A DNA stretch of 27,389 nt from a virus (lineage: Duplodnaviria; Caudoviricetes). The stretch covers positions 1-27,389 of the IMG/VR virus record IMGVR_UViG_3300030708_001067. One strand, 5' to 3'. Shown here in pieces: positions 15,776-24,542 of the stretch (its first letter is position 1; every line of letters begins with the position of its first letter). Under the pieces are notes generated by a model. That model was given only the letters and a program-made list of their open reading frames with translations, did not search any database and was not told where the DNA came from. A program made the position numbers and the translations under genes.

Positions 15776-15844
15776 TCACTTCTTCTTTCTACGTTTAGTC
15801 TTTTTAGTCTTTTTCTTTTTGTTTTTATACATATAACTTGCCAT
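15776..15844 (-). CDS. 22-aa polybasic peptide MASYMYKNKKKKTKKTKRRKKK
   Basis: AGGAGG RBS; stop 1 nt before the next start; manually translated. Confidence 0.65.
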   Translation of the reverse strand: MASYMYKNKKKKTKKTKRRKKK

Positions 15845-15853
15845 ATTTTCCTC

Positions 15854-17371
15854 CTATACGAATCCTAATAGTTCTACTTCTGCATTAATTTTACTGTTTA
15901 CACTTCTTGCTGATATTGTAACAATACCATTTTCTTGATTACTTGTATCATTAAGTCCACCACTATGAGCAGAATCATAATTAAAACTTGCTACAAATTC
16001 TGCATTAGCAGGACCTGTAAAGTCTAACATTCCAGTTTCATAGTTAATAGTACCTGTTGCTGAACCAACAATATTACCTTTACCATCATCATAAGCAAAT
16101 GTTGCTTGATTCTTCATTTCAATGTAAGTTGATTTATCAAATACTGTATCATCAGGTAGTAATGCTTCTACAGCACTTTCTATACTTCCAATAGCAGGTA
16201 TTCTACCTACACCAAATGGTGTTGTACCACTAGTAGGAGCAGCTAGTAATATAGCGCTTGCTCTTGTTCTGTTAGTAGAGGCAAATCTTATATCGCCATT
16301 TACAATACTTACATTAACGCCTTTTTCAAACAAGTTTCCTGCTGTGTAGAACTGAGTGTCAAGTGCAGACTGAATCTTGCTTAAAACACCATTATTTCCA
16401 CCAAATTTAGTATTACTAGCATCTGTTGTAAATGAAAGACTAGCAAATGTACTGCCACCATCAACTGTTATGTTAAAAGCATAAGCTGTTGATGCTGCAA
16501 GTCCTGATTCTGTGCTTGGCGTTACGCCTGACATTCCAAGTTCTTGATAACCATTATTGTAAAACTTCATAGCAAAAGAACCTTTAACAATACCTGTTGG
16601 ATATGTTCTACTTCTACCATAACCAAATAAATTATGTATTTTACACTTACCACTTTCATTAGTTTGTGTGTATGTGTACTTATTGTAGTTAGAATAAGCA
16701 TTAAAAAATGGCATACGAATAACTGCATCATCAGCGTGTGAAGCAGCACTTGAGCCAAACAATCCACGTCTTATAGTTAAAGTATTAGTGTCAATAGCAG
16801 TAACCTCTATAATTTCATCGCCAAGCCTTAATAAATCCCCAACTCTAAAAAAATCTCCATCATCTACACCTACAGTTGTTACACTATCATTAATACCACT
16901 TGAATCATCAACTAACACATTACCTGCTGGTGTTGTAGCTACTGCATACAAATTACCACTATTAATATCATATCCACCTTTATTGTCAATAGTTTTAGCA
17001 TTACCAGCCGAAGCGTCTGCTGCATAACCTATCATATATTGATTAGGTATTACCATATACTCATTAGCACCTAATAGTTGTGTAATTCTTAAATCTTCTG
17101 TGTATTGGTCAATATTACTACTATCATTAAATTCATTTATATGAAATTGTAGTTCTACTCCAACAGGACTATTGTTTTTAATAACAAGTAGTTTAGAACC
17201 TTTTAATGCACTTGCATTACTTTTAGATAAGCTCGCAAGTTGTATAAACCCATCTGTATTGTCTACCTTATTAATGTTTTGATATACTTCTGTATAATCG
17301 TTACTCATAGAGCATAGATAATCTTTGTCCTGCCCTGCTGTTACTGTTAAATTCGCTTCTAATTTTGCCAT
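15854..17371 (-). CDS. Virion structural protein (505 aa)
   Basis: G/S/T-rich beta protein; GDLLRLGDEIIEVTAI..NTLTIRRG..S.AASH beta-barrel insert; GTINYETG motif; GGAG RBS. Confidence 0.65.
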   Translation of the reverse strand: MAKLEANLTVTAGQDKDYLCSMSNDYTEVYQNINKVDNTDGFIQLASLSKSNASALKGSKLLVIKNNSPVGVELQFHINEFNDSSNIDQYTEDLRITQLLGANEYMVIPNQYMIGYAADASAGNAKTIDNKGGYDINSGNLYAVATTPAGNVLVDDSSGINDSVTTVGVDDGDFFRVGDLLRLGDEIIEVTAIDTNTLTIRRGLFGSSAASHADDAVIRMPFFNAYSNYNKYTYTQTNESGKCKIHNLFGYGRSRTYPTGIVKGSFAMKFYNNGYQELGMSGVTPSTESGLAASTAYAFNITVDGGSTFASLSFTTDASNTKFGGNNGVLSKIQSALDTQFYTAGNLFEKGVNVSIVNGDIRFASTNRTRASAILLAAPTSGTTPFGVGRIPAIGSIESAVEALLPDDTVFDKSTYIEMKNQATFAYDDGKGNIVGSATGTINYETGMLDFTGPANAEFVASFNYDSAHSGGLNDTSNQENGIVTISARSVNSKINAEVELLGFV

Positions 17372-17379
17372 TTCTTCTC

Positions 17380-18171
17380 CTATGCTATATGATACTTGAC
17401 TTGTACCTGAATATTAATATCGTCTGTGTTTGTTTCATTTTCTACAAAACAAGCGATTACTTTACCACTTGTTACACTAGAACTTTGTATTGTTAAATCT
17501 GTAGATTTTAAAACATTTCTATCTACACTTGTTGCTTGTCCATCTGCTAATACTGTACCATTAGATAAATTACCATCATTAGATGTTCCATCTGCTACCA
17601 TATCGAAACTCATTAAATGATAATTTAAGGTAACATCTGTGTCTTGGTCAGTAGATGCAAAAACTTTAACGGCATCTATTGTTATGTTAAATGGTATGTT
17701 GTGTAAATGTAAAACTAATTCATCTGTAGTTGCTCCAGAATCTAAACTTGTGCTAGGATTAGTTCCTGTACCATTAGAAACCTCTACCATACCAGTAGCT
17801 GAAATAAAGTTGCCACTTCCACAAGGAATCATCATATGAGCACCTGAAGATGAAGGTATTAATCTATATGCACTAAATGAAAGTAATTGTGTAGTTGCAC
17901 TTACTTGTGATGTTCCTACTTTTACTGTGCTGTTAGATGAATCTACTGTTAATAAGTTACTTCCACTCAAATTTTCTACCTCAAATGTAGTAGTTGTATT
18001 ATCGTTTTGTGGTTTTACCTTAAAATTATCATCGCCAACAGATATACAAGTAGATGTACCTTCGCCATCTTCTATTTGAGATAGTGAAGTTGTAACACCA
18101 TTTGTTTCATCTGCTACTTTTAATAAACTTTTATATGTATTTGCTGGACTTTTACCTGCTAAACTTCCCAT
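17380..18171 (-). CDS. Fibre/decoration-like structural protein
   Basis: N-terminal LAGKSPANTYKSLL..DGEG; C-terminal beta-sandwich (IPFNITIDAV...SGKVIACFV). Confidence 0.55.
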   Translation of the reverse strand: MGSLAGKSPANTYKSLLKVADETNGVTTSLSQIEDGEGTSTCISVGDDNFKVKPQNDNTTTTFEVENLSGSNLLTVDSSNSTVKVGTSQVSATTQLLSFSAYRLIPSSSGAHMMIPCGSGNFISATGMVEVSNGTGTNPSTSLDSGATTDELVLHLHNIPFNITIDAVKVFASTDQDTDVTLNYHLMSFDMVADGTSNDGNLSNGTVLADGQATSVDRNVLKSTDLTIQSSSVTSGKVIACFVENETNTDDINIQVQVKYHIA

Positions 18172-18179
18172 TTATTCTC

Positions 18180-19178
18180 CTATAATCCTGAACTGCTGTC
18201 TAAAATAAATTCAACTGTAAATACTGTGTCATTTGCATCATTAGTTGGGTCAAATGATATTGCAATAATATCTCCTGCACTAAATGTGTTGCTACTAGAA
18301 AATGCAAATTTATATGCCGTATCATCAGCAGCCATATCTACTGTTACTGTAGTAGCAGCAGTTGAGTTTGGCACTTCTGTACCTGTTGATGATTTGTGTA
18401 AACCAACTACTGAAGAACCACAGGCTTCTTCGCTTCTTATAACAACTTGGTTAAGATAACCATCATAAGGTGCAACATAAGTTAAATATTCATTGGCTGC
18501 TACTAATGAGTTTCTTTCTAAAATATATCCTACTAATGGTAAATAAACTTTCGTTCCACCTGTGTAGTTGTAATTAAAACCTGCATTTATAAGATGTCTA
18601 AATTCTGTTGATGCACTTGCTAATGAGCTACCATTAGTGATTTGAACGTCATTACCAGCATCATTAGTAAAGTACAAATTATTAGGAGTATCATTTTTAA
18701 CCCATAATTGACCATAACCTGCTGCATCACTACCTGCGTTAGCTCTTTCAACAAGCATAAAATTGTTTTGCCCAAACTCAATTTTGCTATCTGTAACAAT
18801 TATTTTATCTTCACCATCAACACCTATATTTAAAGTAGATGAATCAGAAGCGTTTATATAAACATTTTGTCCTCCTGCTCCATCAAAATAAATATTTTGA
18901 GTTGTATCCATATTTAAATGTCCTGATAAATTTCCACCTGTTAAAGGTAACTTAGTGTCGTCAGTTGCAGTTACGCCTTTTGTTGTTCCTGTTACTTCAA
19001 AATTACCATTAACTTTAACTTTTCCGTTATCACTATCATCAGGCAAGGAGGTAGACATCTCTATTGGAGATGCCTCACCACCGACTTTTAAAGGTTGTAA
19101 ATCATTAGACAAAGGGTAGCCATCACCTAAAGTGACTTCATTAACTAATCTACCTTCTTTTGTCTTTTGATATGGCAT
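18180..19178 (-). CDS. Fibre/decoration-like structural protein
   Basis: KLPLTGGNLSG fibre motif; GQLWVKNDTPNNLYFTNDAG; C-terminal APYDGYL...FSAGDIIAI domain. Confidence 0.6.
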   Translation of the reverse strand: MPYQKTKEGRLVNEVTLGDGYPLSNDLQPLKVGGEASPIEMSTSLPDDSDNGKVKVNGNFEVTGTTKGVTATDDTKLPLTGGNLSGHLNMDTTQNIYFDGAGGQNVYINASDSSTLNIGVDGEDKIIVTDSKIEFGQNNFMLVERANAGSDAAGYGQLWVKNDTPNNLYFTNDAGNDVQITNGSSLASASTEFRHLINAGFNYNYTGGTKVYLPLVGYILERNSLVAANEYLTYVAPYDGYLNQVVIRSEEACGSSVVGLHKSSTGTEVPNSTAATTVTVDMAADDTAYKFAFSSSNTFSAGDIIAISFDPTNDANDTVFTVEFILDSSSGL

Positions 19179-19456
19179 TAATCTACTCGTAATCCTTTAA
19201 TGAATCCTCTTACAGCTGAACCTACAAAGTTATCCAGTAAATCAATAAAATATGGTTCTACTGTTTTGTTCCATATATTCTTACTAAATTTCCACTTAGA
19301 TAGCCCTAAAGTCATAACTTTACCTGCATTGTAGCATATTGACTCAACCCAAGCACATATTTGTTTATTTGGTACCTTTTTAAGGATATATAATACAATA
19401 CCTCCACCTGTACCACCCATTAATAAATCTGAATTGTTTACTATAAAATCTAACAT
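19178..19456 (-). CDS. Small membrane-associated protein (lysis accessory?)
   Basis: Hydrophobic N-terminus LLMGGTGGGIVLYILKK; AAGGAG RBS. Confidence 0.6.
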   Translation of the reverse strand: MLDFIVNNSDLLMGGTGGGIVLYILKKVPNKQICAWVESICYNAGKVMTLGLSKWKFSKNIWNKTVEPYFIDLLDNFVGSAVRGFIKGLRVD

Positions 19457-19457
19457 A

Positions 19458-19625
19458 TTACTTCTCCTTTATAATTGCTTCTAAAAGCTCTATACGGCTA
19501 CGAAGTCTTTCAACTTCTTCATCTAACTCGTTTGGTTGTTCAACGTATTTTAGGATTTTATCTAATTTGAATTGCTTTGATAACAGCTTGACTGCTGCTT
19601 GTATTATCATTTTCTGCACTATCAT
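19458..19625 (-). CDS. Small coiled-coil protein (55 aa, MIVQKMIIQAAVKLLSKQF...)
   Basis: Manually translated; ATGA overlap with the upstream stop; YVEQPNELD then heptads. Confidence 0.7.
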   Translation of the reverse strand: MIVQKMIIQAAVKLLSKQFKLDKILKYVEQPNELDEEVERLRSRIELLEAIIKEK

Positions 19626-20401
19626 TTCCCATTTCCGTCTATTAACTCACCCCATAACGAAGTTCTGCCGTTTATTATCTGTATAATGTGAACTGTAAAT
19701 AGTCCACCTCTATAAAAATCTACTATTGCAAAAGCGTGAGCCCAATTAACACTTCTACCATTAAGCCACTCATTTGCTTCATCACGCATATCCTTTAAAC
19801 ACCCAATACTCCACGCAGACTTTGGTCCGTCTAAATGGGTAGCAGACATTTGTTGTATATCGTGCCAATGTCCATACATTACATTTGCACCTAGTTTACG
19901 CAAATGATTGCTAGTATGGTACTGTCCACCATATTCGTGTCCGTGATATAAGTATAATTTACCTAATTTTAACTTTTTTCCAAAGGGAATATACTTATAA
20001 CCTCTACCTTTTAAGTCTACTGCATTAGCAAACTTATACTGTGGTATATAAGGATATTTCTCTACAGCCATATTTAACCAGTTATCGTGATTACCTTCAG
20101 TAAAGTATTTTTCTTCACAATTTACTTTATCTAAAGATTCGTCAATCTGGTCCATACCTGCATTAACATCTTTTACATCTTGTTCGAAATCTTTTATTAA
20201 GAACTCCAGAGGAGGAGCTTTTTTGCGTTTATATTTCCAAGCTGAAAACGCTTCCCATTCGCCAACATCACCTAAGTCTACATAAGCGTCTGGCTTAACT
20301 ATTTCAATAGTCTTTTTTAGGACATTTATGGAAGGTTGGTCGTGTAGTGGAAAGTGTTTATCAGGCGTTACGATTACTCTCTTAACTACACCTTTACTCA
20401 T
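19622..20401 (-). CDS. Calcineurin-like metallophosphoesterase
   Basis: All five motifs: DKH, LGD, GNHD, HGH, GHWH. Confidence 0.9.
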   Translation of the reverse strand: MSKGVVKRVIVTPDKHFPLHDQPSINVLKKTIEIVKPDAYVDLGDVGEWEAFSAWKYKRKKAPPLEFLIKDFEQDVKDVNAGMDQIDESLDKVNCEEKYFTEGNHDNWLNMAVEKYPYIPQYKFANAVDLKGRGYKYIPFGKKLKLGKLYLYHGHEYGGQYHTSNHLRKLGANVMYGHWHDIQQMSATHLDGPKSAWSIGCLKDMRDEANEWLNGRSVNWAHAFAIVDFYRGGLFTVHIIQIINGRTSLWGELIDGNGK

Positions 20402-20560
20402 CTACTTTATCTCGCTTTTTATTTGTTTAATTCTATATATAAAATAAGCAATAAGTACAATCATATATCCCACTTCCACTACTGGACTAAATACGTCTGC
20501 CCAGTTTACTATATAGCCACTTAAACCAAGTCCACCAACTTTTAGACTGTCAATGTCCAC
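20402..20560 (-). CDS. Putative holin (52 aa, two hydrophobic segments, basic C-terminus)
   Basis: GTG start with GAGGTG RBS, overlapping the lysozyme end; MDIDSLKVGGLGLSGYIVNW...GYMIVLIAYFIYRIKQIK. Confidence 0.6.
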   Translation of the reverse strand: MDIDSLKVGGLGLSGYIVNWADVFSPVVEVGYMIVLIAYFIYRIKQIKSEIK

Positions 20561-20963
20561 TTGCCACCTCTTTTACTCTATTACTTAATTCTTTTGCTCT
20601 ATTAGGTGTTTGTTTTGCCCATAAACTATCTAGCATTTCTACCGATGCTTCTTCCCATCTTTTATCTTGTAGGTATGCTAATGTTTTTTTAAACTTAGAA
20701 ACGCCTGTAACACCTAATTGATAACACATTTCCATTACGACATCTTTAATCTCTTGTGGCATATACTTATACCAACTAAACTTTAAATTAACTCTATCTT
20801 CTAACGCCTTTAATTTACGTTTTAAAATAATGTCGCATATATCTCTATCTAATTCTAAATCTTTAATGGCAAAGCCGTAGCCTATAGTATCTATTCCTAG
20901 ACTATCCTTATAGACTACGCCAACATAACCTTCGTGTTGTTTTATACTTTCTATTAAAGTCAT
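20550..20963 (-). CDS. Lysozyme/endolysin (GH24, T4-like)
   Basis: HEG...YKDSLG..TIGYG (E-8-D-5-T triad); MCYQLG; EMLDSLWAKQTPNRA. Confidence 0.92.
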   Translation of the reverse strand: MTLIESIKQHEGYVGVVYKDSLGIDTIGYGFAIKDLELDRDICDIILKRKLKALEDRVNLKFSWYKYMPQEIKDVVMEMCYQLGVTGVSKFKKTLAYLQDKRWEEASVEMLDSLWAKQTPNRAKELSNRVKEVASGH

Positions 20964-21490
20964 TAATACTCTATATGAAATATTAACTGTATATCATCTG
21001 CTGCATAAGTTGGTGTTGTAGCAGATGACAATACAGCCTGAACATAAACACTTGTTGAATCTGAAGCAGCTTGTAACATCATACCACTTCCCATAGGGTA
21101 TCTACTATCTGTATCACTTACCAGTTTTACTGCTTCGTGTATTTTCACATCGTCTATCATAACTCCTGTTGCACCTTCACTCGCATCTAAAAAACACATA
21201 GTATTAAATCCTATTGCTTCCATATCATCACCACTTATGTTAGCAGTTGCATTTATTGCTCCAAGAGCAGTATTGCCTTGTGTAAATATAAACATTAAAT
21301 CTGTGTCTGCTATATCTGATTGGTCTAAAATATACATATTAGTCAATATTGAACAGCCACCATTAGCAAAAACTGCATTAGGTATTTCTGTTGCTGTAAA
21401 GAACACATCTCCTAGTTGATAAGCATCTGTGCTAAGTGTAGGTGTAACTCTTATAATTTTTCTATTAGGGTAAGGTAAATTACTTGCCAT
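20963..21490 (-). CDS. Hypothetical beta-rich protein, probably virion-associated
   Basis: Acidic beta-rich ORF downstream of the capsid gene; GAGG RBS. Confidence 0.55.
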   Translation of the reverse strand: MASNLPYPNRKIIRVTPTLSTDAYQLGDVFFTATEIPNAVFANGGCSILTNMYILDQSDIADTDLMFIFTQGNTALGAINATANISGDDMEAIGFNTMCFLDASEGATGVMIDDVKIHEAVKLVSDTDSRYPMGSGMMLQAASDSTSVYVQAVLSSATTPTYAADDIQLIFHIEY

Positions 21491-21602
21491 CTTCTACAAC
21501 CTCTTTCTTTTTCTTTTTCTTTTTAGTTTTTTTTGGTTTTGGCTTTTCTACCACTACCTCTTTAATACTTTTATCAAATCTTCTCTGTCTTAATTTGTTC
21601 AT
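21480..21602 (-). CDS. Lys-rich 40-aa protein (MNKLRQRRFDKSIKEV...)
   Basis: AAGGAG RBS; overlaps the next start; manually translated. Confidence 0.6.
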   Translation of the reverse strand: MNKLRQRRFDKSIKEVVVEKPKPKKTKKKKKKKEVVEDGK

Positions 21603-21616
21603 AATTCTCCTTGTTG

Positions 21617-21644
21617 AAAAGGGTGGCTTTTACACCACCCTTTT
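21617..21644 (-). terminator. Rho-independent terminator after the major capsid gene
   Basis: AAAAGGGTGG/CCACCCTTTT stem with T-run on both strands, about 20 nt past the stop. Confidence 0.8.
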
Positions 21645-21663
21645 TATTAGTAAGTATAGTTTC

Positions 21664-22608
21664 TTAGTGTAATAAGAAAATTCTACCTTCACCTACAGTT
21701 GAGTTTGCTGCATTTCTAGCTAATACACCAAAAATAGCATCAGCAACAACTTTAGTACCTAAGAAATCAACATCATATTGTGTTTGTAATCTAGCTGTTT
21801 GGCTAAATGCAATATGTAAAGCTGATTTGTGTACTACATATCCGTGAGGAGTTTTGTTATCTGTTCCACCACCACTATCAAAATCAGTAGAAGCAGTAGT
21901 AACATTAGGCGACATAAGCATATTGAATCCATATACTTTGCTTACCATACCTGTTTGAGTAAAGTTAGCACCTAATGCAGAACCTTGTGTACCAATAGCT
22001 AAATCACCAATGTTGAATAAGTTAGCGTATACAGCAGGAGCTAAAACGATAGTCCAGTTGTTAGGGTCTTGGTCTTGAACTAAGCAAGATGTTGCAATAG
22101 TATCAAAATCAGCTTCAGCACCCATAGGTGTTCCACTTATATCAATTTGGTTGATTCCACCACCACTTGCTTTTAATGAATCAATTACAGCAGTATCTAT
22201 AGCAGTATCAATAGCATTAGCAACTGAGTAACCTAATTCTTTAGCAAATAAAGACATCATATCAAAATTACTTTGTACTTTGATTACATCTTCAATTACT
22301 ACAGCAGCATATTTATGCTTATCAACTAATAGTGATTCTTCACTAGCATCAGATGAACTTGTTTCCCAAGAAATAGCACCTTCGCCTTTATCACCAGCAG
22401 TTATTTGGTCTACTTTAGGTAAATGTATTTTTTCACCTTCACCAGATACAAAAGCAGATAAGTCATTACATAATCCTGCTAGAACTAATTTTTCTTTTAT
22501 AGCTGTTTCAACAGCAGGACCCCATACCTCAGTAGCAAAACTTTCACCAGCTCTAGTACCTTCACCATTTAATCCACCTGATATTACAGCATTATTATTA
22601 TAAGCCAT
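21664..22608 (-). CDS. Major capsid protein (HK97 fold)
   Basis: FATEVWG...GEKIHLP...LLVDKHKY...ELGYSVANAID...VSKVYGF...HKSAL...VVADAIFG; follows scaffold and precedes a terminator. Confidence 0.88.
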   Translation of the reverse strand: MAYNNNAVISGGLNGEGTRAGESFATEVWGPAVETAIKEKLVLAGLCNDLSAFVSGEGEKIHLPKVDQITAGDKGEGAISWETSSSDASEESLLVDKHKYAAVVIEDVIKVQSNFDMMSLFAKELGYSVANAIDTAIDTAVIDSLKASGGGINQIDISGTPMGAEADFDTIATSCLVQDQDPNNWTIVLAPAVYANLFNIGDLAIGTQGSALGANFTQTGMVSKVYGFNMLMSPNVTTASTDFDSGGGTDNKTPHGYVVHKSALHIAFSQTARLQTQYDVDFLGTKVVADAIFGVLARNAANSTVGEGRIFLLH

Positions 22609-22621
22609 TTATAATCTCCAA

Positions 22622-23140
22622 TCATTTGTATTGTTTCATAACATCTTCGTGCCATTGTCGTCTTTCATTGTCTGTCATCTCATCATAAGACTTATCGATT
22701 TTAGGTGTAGATACACGACCTCTAAGTTCTCTTGATGGTTCTTTCGGCACAGAAACAAATTCATCGACAACTGCTTCCAAAGATGTCAAATCTAAATTTG
22801 TAAATTTTTCTCTTTTATCTTCTGGCAATTTATCAAGTAGTTTAGAATGTCTATCAGCTTTATAATTTCTTGCCCATTCTGCATCGTTTCGGTCTTTTTC
22901 CCATAACTCTTTGAACTTTTGTTGTTCAACTAGCTGTTCTTGTTCTCTAGCTTTTGCATTTGTAGCAATCTTTTCTAATTCTGATTTATATTCTTGTTTA
23001 GCAGCTCTTTGCTTTTTACTATTTTGAACTTCTGCCATATAAAGAGATTTATAATCAACATTATCGTCTGATTGATGTTGTTCGCCTACTGGCGTTTGTG
23101 TTTCTTGGCTCTCAACTGAGCTATTATTTTCTTCGGACAT
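22622..23140 (-). CDS. Capsid scaffolding protein
   Basis: Acidic N-terminus, coiled coil, LVEQQKFKELWE and YDEMTDNERRQW; GGAGG RBS; precedes MCP. Confidence 0.75.
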   Translation of the reverse strand: MSEENNSSVESQETQTPVGEQHQSDDNVDYKSLYMAEVQNSKKQRAAKQEYKSELEKIATNAKAREQEQLVEQQKFKELWEKDRNDAEWARNYKADRHSKLLDKLPEDKREKFTNLDLTSLEAVVDEFVSVPKEPSRELRGRVSTPKIDKSYDEMTDNERRQWHEDVMKQYK

Positions 23141-23231
23141 ACTGCCCTCCTATATATTGTGTTTTTTAAATGCCAAAATACTATATCTTGCATTTGTCCT
23201 ACTTCGTAACTTAAATTAGAAAGGTATTAAA
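23141..23231. promoter_or_regulatory. Divergent promoter region between the late operon and the terminase operon
   Basis: Only 91 nt between divergent starts; TTGCAT...TAAATT on +; RBS at both ends. Confidence 0.5.
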
Positions 23232-24542
23232 ATGCAAGTTTTAAATAATTATAAACAAAAATGGTTTGATTTTTTAGGCTATGAACCACACGAAGGTCAG
23301 CGTAAATTGCATTTTCCTACCAAAGATTCTGCTAGGTTTTTTGTAATGGTTTGTGGGAGGCGTTTCGGGAAGACTACGGCATCGGCAATGGAAGCGACAT
23401 TCTACGCCTCCCAGCCGAATCAACGTATATGGCTCGTAGGACTTTCGTATGATAAAGCCGACTTGATGTTCAGAGAAGTATGGGATAAAATGGTAAAAGG
23501 ACATCAAAACGATATTATCAAGGCTTCTGAGAAAGAAAGATATATCAAATTCAAATGGGGAACTACAGTTGAAGCTAAGTCTGCCGATAACCCTGATTCA
23601 CTTGTAGGTGAAGGGTTGGATTTACTAATCATAGATGAGGCAGCTAAAGTAAGACCTAGAATTTGGGATATGTATTTATCTCCCACATTATCTGATAGAA
23701 AAGGAAAGGCGATTTTTATCTCAACGCCAGAAGGGTTTAATTGGTTATATGATTTGTTCTTGCTTGGAAAAAGTGATGAACTTTGGGAATCACATCAAGC
23801 ACCATCTTGGGATAATGCCTTCGCTTTTCCTGAAGGTAAAGACGACAGGTTTCTCATTGAGAGAAAACGTAATATGGCTAAAGAGCTTTTTGACCAAGAG
23901 TATGGTGCTCAGTTTACGAGCTTTGAAGGTAGGGTTTATCCTTTTGATAGGAATGTTGATGTTGGTTATTATCCTTACAATCCATATCTTCCTACTTTTT
24001 GTAGTATTGATTTTGGGTACAGGATGCCTTCTGTGGGATGGTTTCAAACGCACAGAGTAAATGGTGAGTGGCATATAAATATGATTGATGAAATAATACA
24101 CGAAACTAACATAAAAACAGATGAATTAGCAGAAAGAATTAGGTCAAAACCTTATAGAGTTACAAAATATTATGGCGACCCAGCAGGATTACAAGCACAA
24201 GGACAGTCAGGTGTAGGAGATATAGAAATTTTTAGAAAAAAAGGTATAAAAGTAAACACCATAACTGATAAAGCATCAAGAAGCATAACAGCAGGTGTTA
24301 ATCACGTTAGAAGTTTTATAGAAAACGCTAATGGAGAAAGATACCTACATTTAAACAATAATTGTATAGGTATGGCACAAGATTTAGAAAGCTACAGGTA
24401 CCCTGAAGCTAAAGATAGCAAACCTTTAAAACAAGAACCATTAAAAGATGGTTTTCACGACCACGGATGTGATATGTTAAGATATTTTTTTATTAACCAT
24501 TTTCCAATAAGAAACAGAGAAATAAAAGTGAGGCACAGATGA
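23232..24542 (+). CDS. terL: Terminase large subunit
   Basis: Walker A CGRRFGKT, Walker B LLIIDEAA, ISTPEG, nuclease SIDFG, YYGDPAG and DHGCDMLRY. Confidence 0.96.
   Translation: MQVLNNYKQKWFDFLGYEPHEGQRKLHFPTKDSARFFVMVCGRRFGKTTASAMEATFYASQPNQRIWLVGLSYDKADLMFREVWDKMVKGHQNDIIKASEKERYIKFKWGTTVEAKSADNPDSLVGEGLDLLIIDEAAKVRPRIWDMYLSPTLSDRKGKAIFISTPEGFNWLYDLFLLGKSDELWESHQAPSWDNAFAFPEGKDDRFLIERKRNMAKELFDQEYGAQFTSFEGRVYPFDRNVDVGYYPYNPYLPTFCSIDFGYRMPSVGWFQTHRVNGEWHINMIDEIIHETNIKTDELAERIRSKPYRVTKYYGDPAGLQAQGQSGVGDIEIFRKKGIKVNTITDKASRSITAGVNHVRSFIENANGERYLHLNNNCIGMAQDLESYRYPEAKDSKPLKQEPLKDGFHDHGCDMLRYFFINHFPIRNREIKVRHR

Noticed and set aside
17380-19178. DGR template/variable repeat pair in the fibre-like genes
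   Set aside because: No DNA-level near-duplicate differing at adenines and no reverse transcriptase seen
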